From assembly GCA_009914755.4 (NCBI GenBank), contig CP068257.2, positions 30,304,001 through 30,368,000 of the forward strand: a stretch of 64,000 nucleotides of DNA. Reading direction: 5' to 3'. Positions 43,998-55,700 of the stretch are shown here, one piece after another. Position 1 is the first letter of the stretch. Every line of letters starts with the position of its first letter. This DNA comes from the human T2T-CHM13v2.0 reference genome, Homo sapiens. Position numbers and translations under genes: made by a program. Below the pieces are notes generated by a model that saw nothing but the letters and a program-made list of their open reading frames with translations, searched no databases and was not told the origin of the DNA.

Positions 43998-44244
43998 TGC
44001 ATTCTTTATATGTTCTTTGTCAGATGTATGGTTTACAAATATTTTATCCCATTCCATAGATCTCTTTACTCTGTCGATTATTTCCTTTGTTGTGCAGAGC
44101 TTTTGAATTTGATGTAATTACATTTGTCTATTTGTGCTTTTGTTGCCTGTGCTTTGGGAGTCATGTCCAAAAAATCATTGTCCAGACCAATGTAATGAAG
44201 CCTTTTCTGTAGGTTGTCTTCTAGTAGATTTATAGTTTTGGATC

Positions 44245-44881
<637 letters not shown>

Positions 44882-44894
44882 TGGGCCTAAGTCT

Positions 44895-45230
<336 letters not shown>

Positions 45231-46027
45231 TGAGACAGGGTCTGATTTCATTCTCTGTGGATGTCCAGTTTTCCAACACCATTTATTTAAGAGGATCTCC
45301 TTTCCCCATTCTGTGTTCTTGGCAGCTTTGTCAAAAAGTAATTGACCGTAAGTGCATGGATTCATTTTTGGACTCTCTTTTCTATTCCATTGGTCTATGT
45401 GTCTCTGTTTTTATGCCAGTATCATGCTGTTTTGGTTTCTATAGCTTTGTGATGTGTTTTGAAGTCAGGTGGTGTGATGCATCAACTTTGATTTTATTGT
45501 TCAAAATGACTTTGGCTATTCAGGGTCTTTTGTGGTTCCATACAAATGTTAGGATTTTTTTTTTTTTTCTGTTTCTGTGAAAAACGTCATTGGAATTTTG
45601 ACAGGGATTCCATTGAATCCGTAGATTGCTTAGTATAGTATGGACATTTTAATCATATTAATTCTTCCAATCTGTGAACATGGAATCTTTTCATTTACTT
45701 GTGTCTTCTTCAATTTCTTTCATCAGTGTCTTATAGTTTTCAGTGTACAGATCTTTCACTTCCTTGGTTACATTTATTCCTAAGCATTTGATTTTTTTAT
45801 GGCTATTGTAAGTGGCATTGCTTTCTTGATTTCATTTTTGAATAGTTTGTTGTTAGTGTATGAAAACACTATTGATTTTTGTATATTGATTTTGCATTCT
45901 GCAACTTTACTAAATTCATTTAGTAGTTCAAACAGTTTTTTGGTAGTCTTTAGGGTTTTCTATATATAAGATCGTGTATCTACAAACAGGGACAATTGAA
46001 CTTCCTTTCCAATTTTGATTCCTTTTA

Positions 46028-46212
46028 TTTATTTATTTATTTACTTATTTATTTAGTTTAACAATTTCCCAAATATTTTTATTTTTATTTTTTCTTCAAC
46101 TTTTATTTTAAGTTCTGGGGTACATGTTTAGGATGTGCAGGTTTGTTACATAAGTAAACATGTGCCATGGTGGTTTGCTGCACAGATCAACCCATCACCT
46201 AGGCATTAATCC
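46028..46212 (-). mobile_element. Very short 5'-truncated L1 3' terminus (~140 bp plus a (TTTA)n tail) nested inside the L1M.
   Basis: ttttatttatttatttatttacttatttattt...cttttattttaagttctggggtacatgtttaggatgtgcaggtttgttacataagtaaacatgtgccatggtggtttgctgcacagatcaacccatcacctaggcattaa. Confidence 0.8.
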
Positions 46213-46335
46213 CAGCGTTCCTTAGCTATTCTTCCTGAGGGTGCCTTTGATTTCTTTCTCTTGCCTAAGTGCTCTGGCTAGGACGTGCAGTACTATGTTG
46301 AATAGAAGTAGTAAGAGTGGGCTTCTTTGTCTTAT

Positions 46336-46551
46336 TCCTGAACAAGTTGTCTATGGGGATTAATTCACTCTAGTTAGAAACACCTGCTTGCCTAGAGTGT
46401 GGATTCTCAGACCAGTTGTGAGTTTTATGATGTCTGTTTCACATTTAATGCTTAAATCATAGGGCATACCTAGTCTGAGAATCCATACTCTAGGCGAGTG
46501 GCTGTTTTTAACTGGAGTGAATTAATCCCTACAGACAACTCAACTGCTCAG
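46336..46551. repeat. ~215-bp palindromic (inverted-repeat) element. Arms are ~70 bp at ~85% identity with a ~55-bp spacer. It is a candidate MITE or non-autonomous DNA-transposon relic.
   Basis: Left arm caagttgtctatggggattaattcactctagttagaaacacctgcttgcctagagtgtggattctcagac. The reverse complement of the right arm is gagttgtctgtagggattaattcactccagttaaaaacagccactcgcctagagtatggattctcagac. Confidence 0.7.
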
Positions 46552-46895
46552 TAATTTCTGCACATGGCTAATTTAATTGTACTGTATGCATTGTCCCGGT
46601 TATTAATTTTATCAACCAATTATTTACACCCCGTGTGTAATTTTGAAGCCAAATCTAGTGAACTAAAAAGTAAAATGTTATCTCTTAATTGTCATCTCTT
46701 CCCTTCTCTTTTGGTTTCCTCTTTTTAAAACCACGAAGTTCGTATTTTAAGATAGAGAGCCTGTAAGGGCATTTATTAACTATTTGTTGGTTGATTAATT
46801 AATTAATCCATGTTTTTATTTCACCCATTTCCAGACAGGATTGCACCTTCCTCAGCTTAGGTGCAGCTGTTTATCTTCTTTGAGCTATGTTATGA

Positions 46896-47304
<409 letters not shown>

Positions 47305-47710
47305 TAAAGCAAACAAGCAAGATCTATGTTCTATGCAGTGGTTCAATAAAATAAGTTATTCTTTCCAGCTCATTTTCTTGGTTTCTCTGTTCGTGTTTTT
47401 GAGTAGTCTTACTGCACAGATAAAAGAACTGAGGCCCTGCAGGGGGCAGTGATCTACTCAGGGTCACCTGGCCCTTTGCTGGCAGCGATAGTAACACAAA
47501 GTAGGTGACCTGACTCTGCGCCCAGGGCTCTCCCCACACTGCAACCTGCCTGCAGGCCTTCCTGGGGTGAGACTTGATGTTGCAATTTACTGGACTGCCA
47601 AACATTTCCAGCATTCTCTCAGCCAAGCGCTGATTTAAAAATTAATGACTGCTTAATGGGCATTTCTATTTCTGAGAGTTGAGCTGTGCTTTTTCTTTTC
47701 TCCTCTGGTA

Positions 47711-47794
47711 GAAATCTGACATCCAGGACAGCCTCTGCTACAAGACCCGGCTCTACCAGATAGAAAAGTACAGGGCCCCCAAGGAGTCCTATGA
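47711..47794 (+). CDS. HUNK: Coding exon, 84 nt, phase 0 to 0. Encodes KSDIQDSLCYKTRLYQIEKYRAPKESYE.
   Basis: Acceptor ttttctcctctggtag ends at 47710. Donor gtgagt at 47795. It joins GKSDIQ to the previous exon in frame. It is too short to appear in the ORF track. Confidence 0.85.
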
Positions 47795-48149
47795 GGTGAG
47801 TGACCCCTGAAGCAAACCTCAGGGTCTCTTAGGAAGGGTGGATTTCCATTTGCAGTAATTGGAAAAGAAACCAATTACTGTGGGACACTGAAGTAGCAAA
47901 AGACACATACTTACGCTCATAACTGAGCCCTTGAGAAATGGTTTACAGCGGAACCAGCTTTGCGGTGTCTAAACCATGGTTCTCAGCTGTGGCTGCATGT
48001 TAAAGTCACGGGGAGCGTTTAAACATCTGGATGCCCAGGCCGCACCTCGGACCCATTCCATTGAATCTTGGGAGGTGAGACTCGGGTATCAGGAGTTTTT
48101 AAAGCTCCCTGGATGTTCCAATGAGCAGCCAAAGTTGAAAACCACTGTC

Positions 48150-48590
48150 AGGATCTCCCAAAATGAAAATGAGATGTTTCAGTGTTTCACTCATATGTGA
48201 GTGAAACTAGCAAAAATTGATCTCATAGAAGTACAGAGTAAAACTGTGGTTATTAGAGGCTTGGAATGGCAGGGGGAAGGGAGGGTAGAGAGAGGTTGCT
48301 TAACGAACATGAAATTACGGCTAGACAGAAGGAATAAGTTCCGGTGTTCTGTGGCACTGTAGGGTGACTATAGTTAACAGTAACTTATTATGTATATTCA
48401 AAAAGCTAAAAGAGAATTTTGAATGTTCCCAATAAAAAGAAATGATAAATATTTGAGGTAATAAATATGCTGATCACCCTGATTTGATCATTACATATTG
48501 AATACATAGATGGAAATATCATTCTCTGTCCCATAAAAAAGATGTATAATGATTATGCGTCAACTAAAAATAAAAGGAAAAAAATGCAAA
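48150..48590 (+). mobile_element. L1M-type 3' terminus in sense orientation.
   Basis: ttcactcatatgtgagtgaaactagcaaaaattgatctcatagaagtacagagtaaaactgtggttattagaggcttggaatggcagggggaagggagggtagagagaggttgcttaacgaac...gggtgactatagttaacagtaacttattatgtatattcaaaaagctaaaagagaattttgaatgttcccaataaaaagaaatgataaat... matches the L1M 3'UTR consensus. Confidence 0.8.
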
Positions 48591-49020
48591 TGCTAGAAAA
48601 AAATGAGATGCTTAAAAATAGAGCTGAGTGTAACACGTGGCATCAGAAGAAAGTGAGATGAGGAACGCAAAAGTTTGGGATCAGGCAGGCTTTCCTGGCC
48701 AGCTGTCCCTGGTGACCTGATGTAACCTGGGACGTACCTAGAGAAAAAGAACACAACTCTGATTTCAGAATAAAAACTAGGCTCCTGTAGCAAACATCCC
48801 ACATCCATGTTTGTTAGGAAACTGTGTCTGTGAATTCCAGATCCAGGGAGGGGGCCAGGAGTGGGGTGCAGCCTCAGGGCCCCTCATTCACTTTTTGCCA
48901 AGTGAGCTTTTCTTTCTCTCAGTGATTTTCCTGGGAACCACCTTCCCTTTTCCCTCTGGAGCCTGTTTATGTCCCCTGAGTGTCCTTGCCACAGGAACCT
49001 CTCTCCTGGGACACCCAGGT

Positions 49021-49370
49021 CTATTAGTCTGTTCTCACGCTGCTAATGAAGACATACCCGAGACTGGGTACTTTATAAAGGAAAGAGGTTTGATGGACTC
49101 ACAGTTTCACATGGCTGGGGAGGCCTCACAATCATGGCAGAAGGTAAATGAGGAGCAAAGTCACGTCTTACATGGTGGCAGGCAAGAGAGCTTGTGTAGG
49201 GGAACTCCCCTTAATAAAACCATCAGATCTTGTGAGACTTACTACCATGAGAACAGTATGGGGGAAACCTCTCTCATGATTCAGTGATCTCCACCTGTCC
49301 CCGCCCTTGACACATGGGGATTATTACAATTCAAGGGGAGATTTGGGTGGGGACAAATCAAGTCACCCAC
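49021..49370 (-). mobile_element. THE1/MST-like (MaLR) solo LTR, ~350 bp. Same family and orientation as the copy at 24689-25039.
   Basis: ctattagtctgttctcacgctgctaatgaagacatacccgagactgggtactttataaaggaaagaggtttgatggactcacagtttcacatggctggggaggcctcacaatcatggcagaaggtaaatgaggagcaaag...ggggattattacaattcaaggggagatttgggtggggacaaatcaagtcaccc. Confidence 0.8.
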
Positions 49371-51119
49371 CCAGAAGTTCCTTCATTTGAGAAGGGATCA
49401 AAAAGGGACCCTTTGTCTATGCCCCAGTGAGGTCACTGAGCCTGGCCTCTCCCCTCTTTCCTTTTCCAACGTAAAGTTTTCATCCTGATCCCATGAGCGG
49501 TGCACATCGCTCTGGAAGATTCTTCTCTGGGCTTGTCTTGCACGCAGGGCTGCAGTGGAGCATGGTGGTTACTGGGGCCCACACTGGGCTCCTAGGCAGC
49601 CAGTGAAGCAGGTGTCCAGAGACACTGATGACAGGGAGTGCCCAGCTGCAGGACTCTGTGCGAATGTGATGGGAGCTCAGGAGAGGGACTTGCCCCCGGC
49701 ATAGAGGTGGGCAATGGCACAGGTCTCCATTTCAGACAGACCCTGGGGCAGAGAGAGAGGAGAAACTGGCAAAGACAGGGCTGGAGGTGGCCGGCAGTGG
49801 GCAGCCGGCAGGGGGCGGGGCAGCCAGAAGGCAGTGATGCTGCAGTGGGGCCCGTGGGAACAGAGGAAAGGTCACATGTGAAATGGTCAGCATTGTCTAC
49901 TGGGCAGCTAGTTGTCCTGAGGATGTTAGAAAGAACAGCTTCGTGAAGTGCCAAAGGCAGAAGAGAGGTTGCATGGATTTGGGGGGTGGGAGAGGGGAAG
50001 GGAAGTCAGTGAGCATCTGCCTCTCCGTCAGTGACACTGCAGTGAAGGGAGAGAACATGACCTCGATAGAAGGATGCTCAAGGCCAGGCAGGAATGGTGG
50101 GCCTTAGCCTTGACCCCAGGCTGGATGCCCCCTTCCTCAAGACAGGCTGTGGGGCTCGGGGAAGATGAGGATGGAGACAAGCCCTTTGGAAGGTGGGCTG
50201 TGGCCACAGAAGCTAAGCCACAAGCCCAGGTGTGGCTTTCAGGCTTAAAGCCAGAGAGCCAGGTGGTGGGGACCCAGATGCCCCCTGAACTCTAGACCCC
50301 TCTGGCCAGTTGCTTACTAAATGTTAACCCCCTCTTGCATGAATGAAGGGGTCTTGAATCTAGCACGCTCTGAACCAGACTCTCCCCCCGCCGCCCTCCG
50401 CCCTCCACCACAGTAGCAGCCCCATCCTCCCCAGCAGTGCAAGGAAGAAACCCAAGAGTCCTTGACTTTGACCCTCCCCTTACCCCCAGAGCCAACCCAT
50501 CACCACATTCTGCCAATTTGACCGCTAAACCCCTCCAACCCCTGCACTCTCTCTGTCTCCATCCCCACACCTGGTCCCAGCCACATCACCTCTGTCCTGG
50601 ACTTCTGCTATGCCCTCCTAACCGACTCTCTTGCTTCCGGGATGGTGGCCCGCCACTCTCTCCTGCCTGGCCGTCAGAGCGAGCTTTTCACCCTCGCACC
50701 GCATCATGTCACTTTCCTGCTTGAGACCTTCGGAGGTTTCCTTCATTTGCCAGGCAGACTCCGTGCATGGTCGCCCTGTGTGGTTCAGCCCCAGCTTGCT
50801 TCTCCTGCCTTGTCTCCTAGCCACATGGCCCACACACACAGCGCTGCATCCCTCCCTGTGCTCAGTCCACAGCCTTCGGGCTTGCTGTGCTCTCTCTGCC
50901 TGTGGGGGCTGTGCACATGCTGCTCCCTCTTCCAGAGTGTTTTCCCTGCTCCTCTTTGCTGAACCTAAGTGTCTTCAGATCCCAGAGCAAGATCACCTCC
51001 CCATGGGCACCTGCTGTTCCCTGACCTCTGCCATCCAGTCTTATCCTATCGATCCTATCTGCCTACCACGTTCTACATCCTGGGGCCTGTCCCATTTGCA
51101 GCTGTTTATTTGTTTTGGG

Positions 51120-51275
51120 GTTGTTTGATTAACATCTCTCCCTCTGGGCTGTGAGTTCCAGAAGAGTGGGCTCTGAGTCCCTTTTGCTCCTCACAATATT
51201 CCCAGAGGCCACACGATGCCTGGCATGTAGGTGCTCAATAAATATTTGCTCAATAAACAAATGAAAAGATCAAGT
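51120..51275 (+). mobile_element. MIR 3' portion.
   Basis: ...ctcacaatattcccagaggccacacgatgcctggcatgtaggtgctcaataaatatttgctcaataaacaaatgaaa matches the MIR consensus tail gcctggcacatagtaagcgctcaataaatgtt. Confidence 0.55.
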
Positions 51276-52789
51276 GGGCCCTGATCAGAGTCTCAGAAAA
51301 TGGATAGGTCTGGGATAAGCAACCGGAATAGGTAGAACATTCCAGGTGGGATACCTGGCTGGATTAAAGGCAGGGGGATACCTGCAGCCTAGCACACATA
51401 TGACGTTATCATCACCAAATGGCCGTGCCTTACGGCAGGGAGGGACCTCTTATGGTCACCTGCACTGAGGGTGGTCACCCCAGCCAGAGTCCAGGGGATG
51501 CAGAATTCACTGTTAGACTTCCTGCCTCGTGCTTTGCATGTCACTCATGAGGACCTCAAATAACAATGCAAACTTAGGTGCATGGAGAGCCCAATGTGTG
51601 TACCCTAGGTGGCCCCTAAGCCAACTTGCCGATGCCCTGGTCCACGCTGACCTGACACCTGCCCCACTGCGAGTGTGTGTCGGAAGGGGCCAGAACTATA
51701 GTGGGAAAGGGGCCCTTCTTTCATCTCGATTCCTTTTCTGTGTTATTTCCTCTGTCCTGAAGACACATGGTGAGCGTTTTAAACATTTGTTGAAATATTT
51801 AATGGTTAGGATTTAAATAGGAACCCTAATGGGCAAACAGCATTCAATTTTCTATGATCCATTTGTTTCCTCTAAACTGCAGTGATACTTCTCTAATTAA
51901 ATGACAGCTATTACCAGATGATCCAACTTGTCTCCCGAGGAACCTAGAAAGTGGAGTGGGGCTAGTTCAGGAAAGGGAAGGGCCCAGGCCTCACAGGGAA
52001 AGTCCATTCGGAGCCAGAGGACCTTCCAGTCGTCCTCCGCACCACATGGCAGGGGGTGGAGCTGGATGGGGAGAGGGAGTGGTGGAGAGGTTTCAGATTG
52101 TGAGCAAACCAGGGTGTGGCCCAGGGCTCGTGTCCCCTAGGGCTGTCATCAACCCGTGTCCCGGGCACTGAGTGCAAGCAGTGGCCTCTTTGTTCCTTTT
52201 GATTCCAGTTCGTTTTCTCCTAGGAGACAAAGGAGCTGAATTAAGTTGCAAAAACTTCCCTCTTGGGGTAACCGTGCAGTGATTTTACAACTTTACCATT
52301 TTCTCTACCTCTTTTTCCTGTCAAAGGCAGAGACTGTATCTATAAAAGTGGGGTGCATTTCTCATCTGAGGAGGACACCTATCGTGTGTGCCCGACGGAC
52401 TCCTTTTTCTGAAAAAGAGAACCCCCCAGGACTTTGGGGGTCGAGGTGGGGAGGTTATCATTTTAAATTGGCTTATCAAAGCCATTAGAGAGCCCAGGGC
52501 CAGTTTTATTAAAGTCTTTTGAAAAATAATGTTAATTTATAGGAAAATGTCAAATCCAGCTAGGAGGTCTCCTCTGCAATGACAAAGTAATGTTGGCGTT
52601 TTGGAAGAAAACTGACGGAGAGGGTGGCAGGGAACTGGATTCGTCTGCTTGGCTGCTCTAACAAGCACCACAAAATGGGTAGAAATTTAACTTTTCACAG
52701 TTCTGGAGGCCAGGTTCAGGGCTTACGGATGCATCACTATGATCTCTGCCTTCATCTTCACACAGTGTTCTCCTGTGTGTGTATCTGTG

Positions 52790-53045
52790 TCCCAATTTCC
52801 CTGTTCTTTTCTCTCCTCCCTCCCTCATTTTTCTCTCTTTTCTCTCTTTTCTTTCTTTCTCTTTCTTTTCTTTTTCTTTTTGCTTTATTCTTTTCTTTTT
52901 CTTTCTTTCTTCCTCTCTTTCTTCTTTCTTCCCTTTTTCCTTCCCTCCCTCCCTCCTTTCTCTCTCTCTCTTTTTCTGCCTTCCCTCTCCTCTCCCCTCG
53001 CTTCCTCCTCCTCTCCCCTCCCCTCCCCTCCTTCCTTTTTCTTTC
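52790..53045. repeat. ~250-bp polypyrimidine (CT-rich) tract, almost pure C/T on the + strand. (CTTT)n, (CTCC)n and (CCTT)n are intermixed.
   Basis: cccaatttccctgttcttttctctcctccctccctcatttttctctcttttctctcttttctttctttctctttcttttctttttctttttgctttattcttttctttttctttctttcttcctctctttcttctttcttccctttttccttccctccctccctcctttctctctctctctttttctgccttccctctcctctcccctcgcttcctcctcctctcccctcccctcccctccttcctttttctttctc. Confidence 0.95.
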
Positions 53046-53049
53046 TCGG

Positions 53050-53306
53050 TTTCCAGACCAAGCTGGAGTGCAGTGACACAATCATATTTCATTTCAGCCT
53101 TGACCTCCCTGGCTCAGGTGATCCTCCCACCTCAGCCTCTCTAGTAGCTGGGACTACAGGCATGCACCATTATGCCTGGCTAATTTTTTGTAGAGAGGGG
53201 GTTTCAACATGTTGCCCGGCTGGTCTTGAACTCCTGAGCTTAAGGCATTTGCTCATCTCAGACTCCCAAGGGGCTGGGATTACAGATGTGAGTCACCATG
53301 CCTGGC
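53050..53306 (-). mobile_element. Alu SINE lacking the end that would carry the poly-T (A-tail side). The CT-rich tract sits exactly where its tail should be.
   Basis: Starts within ccaagctggagtgcagtgacacaatcatatttcatttcagccttgacctccctggctcaggtgatcctcccacctcagcc ... gatgtgagtcaccatgcctggcc. Confidence 0.85.
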
Positions 53307-53574
53307 CCAAATTTCCACATTTTTAAAGGACACCAGTCATACTGCATTAGGGCTCAACCTAATAGCCTCATTTAAACTTGATTACCTCTGTAAAGATTCT
53401 CTCTCCAAATAAGGTGAAATTCTGAGGTCCTGGGGTTAGACTTTAACCTATGAATTTTAGGAGAATACAGTTCAACCCACACAGGGATGAAACATTTAAA
53501 GGCAAATATTAAAATATTCACTTTGTGTCTTATTTCAAAATCTATATAACTTTAAAAAATATAGTTCAGAATCA

Positions 53575-53919
<345 letters not shown>

Positions 53920-54314
53920 GCCTGGTTACTTTGGGGGACAGAATGCCTGGCAGAGGACATGGGGATGGCAGGGAGGACCTTCCAGATGCTGGCTGTGTTC
54001 TGTTTTTTGATCCAAGTGCCATTTCTGTGGGTGTCTTTGCTGTTTGAGAAAACATTGAGCTGCTGACTTATCATTAGAGCACTCCTCCATACGGCATCTT
54101 AGATTTTAATAAAAAGTTTACCTAGAAAATCTATTCAGCACACGAGTTAGGACATCTGCTGTCTACTTCCATGGCAATTTCAGGATTTGCTTTCTGTCTA
54201 TGAAAACCGAAACGAATAATTCTCAACCAGAGCTGCAGGGCCGTAGGGGAAGCATTTAGGGAATAAATAGCAGGTGCAGATTCTCGAATTGTTGAAGGAT
54301 GTTCCTTTTCACAG

Positions 54315-54362
54315 GCCTCTCTGGACACCTGGACACGAGATCTTGAATTCCATGCCGTGCAG
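54315..54362 (+). CDS. HUNK: Small coding exon, 48 nt, phase 0 to 0. Encodes ASLDTWTRDLEFHAVQ.
   Basis: Acceptor gttccttttcacag ends at 54314. Donor gtaaga at 54363. In frame between ...KESYE and DKKPKEQ. An MLT1-type LTR begins about 24 bp downstream of the donor. Confidence 0.8.
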
Positions 54363-54385
54363 GTAAGAACTTGGGGGATTATTAT

Positions 54386-55129
<744 letters not shown>

Positions 55130-55407
55130 TGATCCTAAGGGTTGGTCAGTCTCTGCCCAGGGCAGCAGGCTCTGCCAGCCCCATCCTTATCCAGAATTAA
55201 AACATGCAGAATCCTGTTGTGAGTGAGTTTATCAGAATCCCTTTAGATCACATTGGTTCTTGCTATGCGGAATTGGCTGTTTTTTATTGTCTTGTTACAA
55301 CTCTACACCTGCCTGTGCATTTCTGTTACCACCTGTATGAGAAATGGAGTTTGCAGCTATCTAGAGCTTCCTGGCTCAATGGCCTAATTTATGAACAAAA
55401 CCCCACC

Positions 55408-55700
55408 TTTTTTTTTTGAGGTGGAGTCTTGCTGTGTCACCCAGGCTGGAGTGCAGTGGGTGTGATCTTGGCTAACTATAAACTCTGCCTTCCAAGCTCA
55501 AATGATTCTCCTGTCTCAACCTCTCAAGTACCTGGGACTACAGACGCTCTCCACCATGCCAGGCTAATTTTTGTATTTTTAGTAGAGACAGGATTTCACC
55601 ATCTTGGCCAGGCTGGTCTCAAACTCCTGACCTCAAGTGATCTGCCTGCCTCGGCCTCCCAAAGTGCTGGGATTACAAGCATGAGCCACTGCGCCCGGCC
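55408..55700 (-). mobile_element. Alu SINE.
   Basis: Poly-T then gaggtggagtcttgctgtgtcacccaggctggagtgcagtgggtgtgatc ... agcatgagccactgcgcccggcc. Confidence 0.9.

Larger units (their letters stand above)
52640..53470 (+). mobile_element. ERVL/MaLR-type LTR split by a ~250-bp CT-rich expansion and an Alu insertion.
   Basis: Upstream part: ...aacaagcaccacaaaatgggtagaaatttaacttttcacagttctggaggccaggttcagggcttacggatgcatcactatgatctctgccttcatcttcacacagtgttctcctgtgtgtgtatctgtgtcccaatttccc. It resumes after the Alu with aaggacaccagtcatactgcattagggctcaacctaatagcctcatttaaacttgattacctctgtaaagattctctctccaaataaggtgaaattctgaggtcctggggttagactttaacctatg...caacccacacag. This is collinear with the LTR consensus ...gtgtctgtgtccaaatttcccctttttataaggacaccagtcatattggattagggcccaccctaatgacctcatcttaacttgattacatctgcaaagaccctatttccaaataaggtcacattc... 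Confidence 0.6.

Noticed and set aside
49592-51154. GC-rich, C/T-rich 1.5-kb block with several 70-165 aa ORFs on both strands (e.g. 50631..51128, 49592..49954). I considered an unannotated exon, a CpG island or a promoter.
   Set aside because: CpG dinucleotides are sparse (so this is not a CpG island). The ORF peptides are Pro/Ser/Leu/Cys low-complexity and overlap on both strands. The 3' part merges into a MIR element. No splice-site-bounded frame connects to the HUNK reading frame. This is possibly an old diverged repeat or a GC-rich intronic segment. A regulatory role cannot be judged from sequence alone.
52624-53326. A cluster of six ORFs (66-195 aa) on both strands encoding poly-Leu/Ser/Phe or poly-Lys/Glu/Arg/Gly peptides.
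   Set aside because: They lie entirely in the ~250-bp CT-rich low-complexity tract and the adjoining Alu. Composition-driven open frames on both strands at once are a hallmark of low complexity, not coding.
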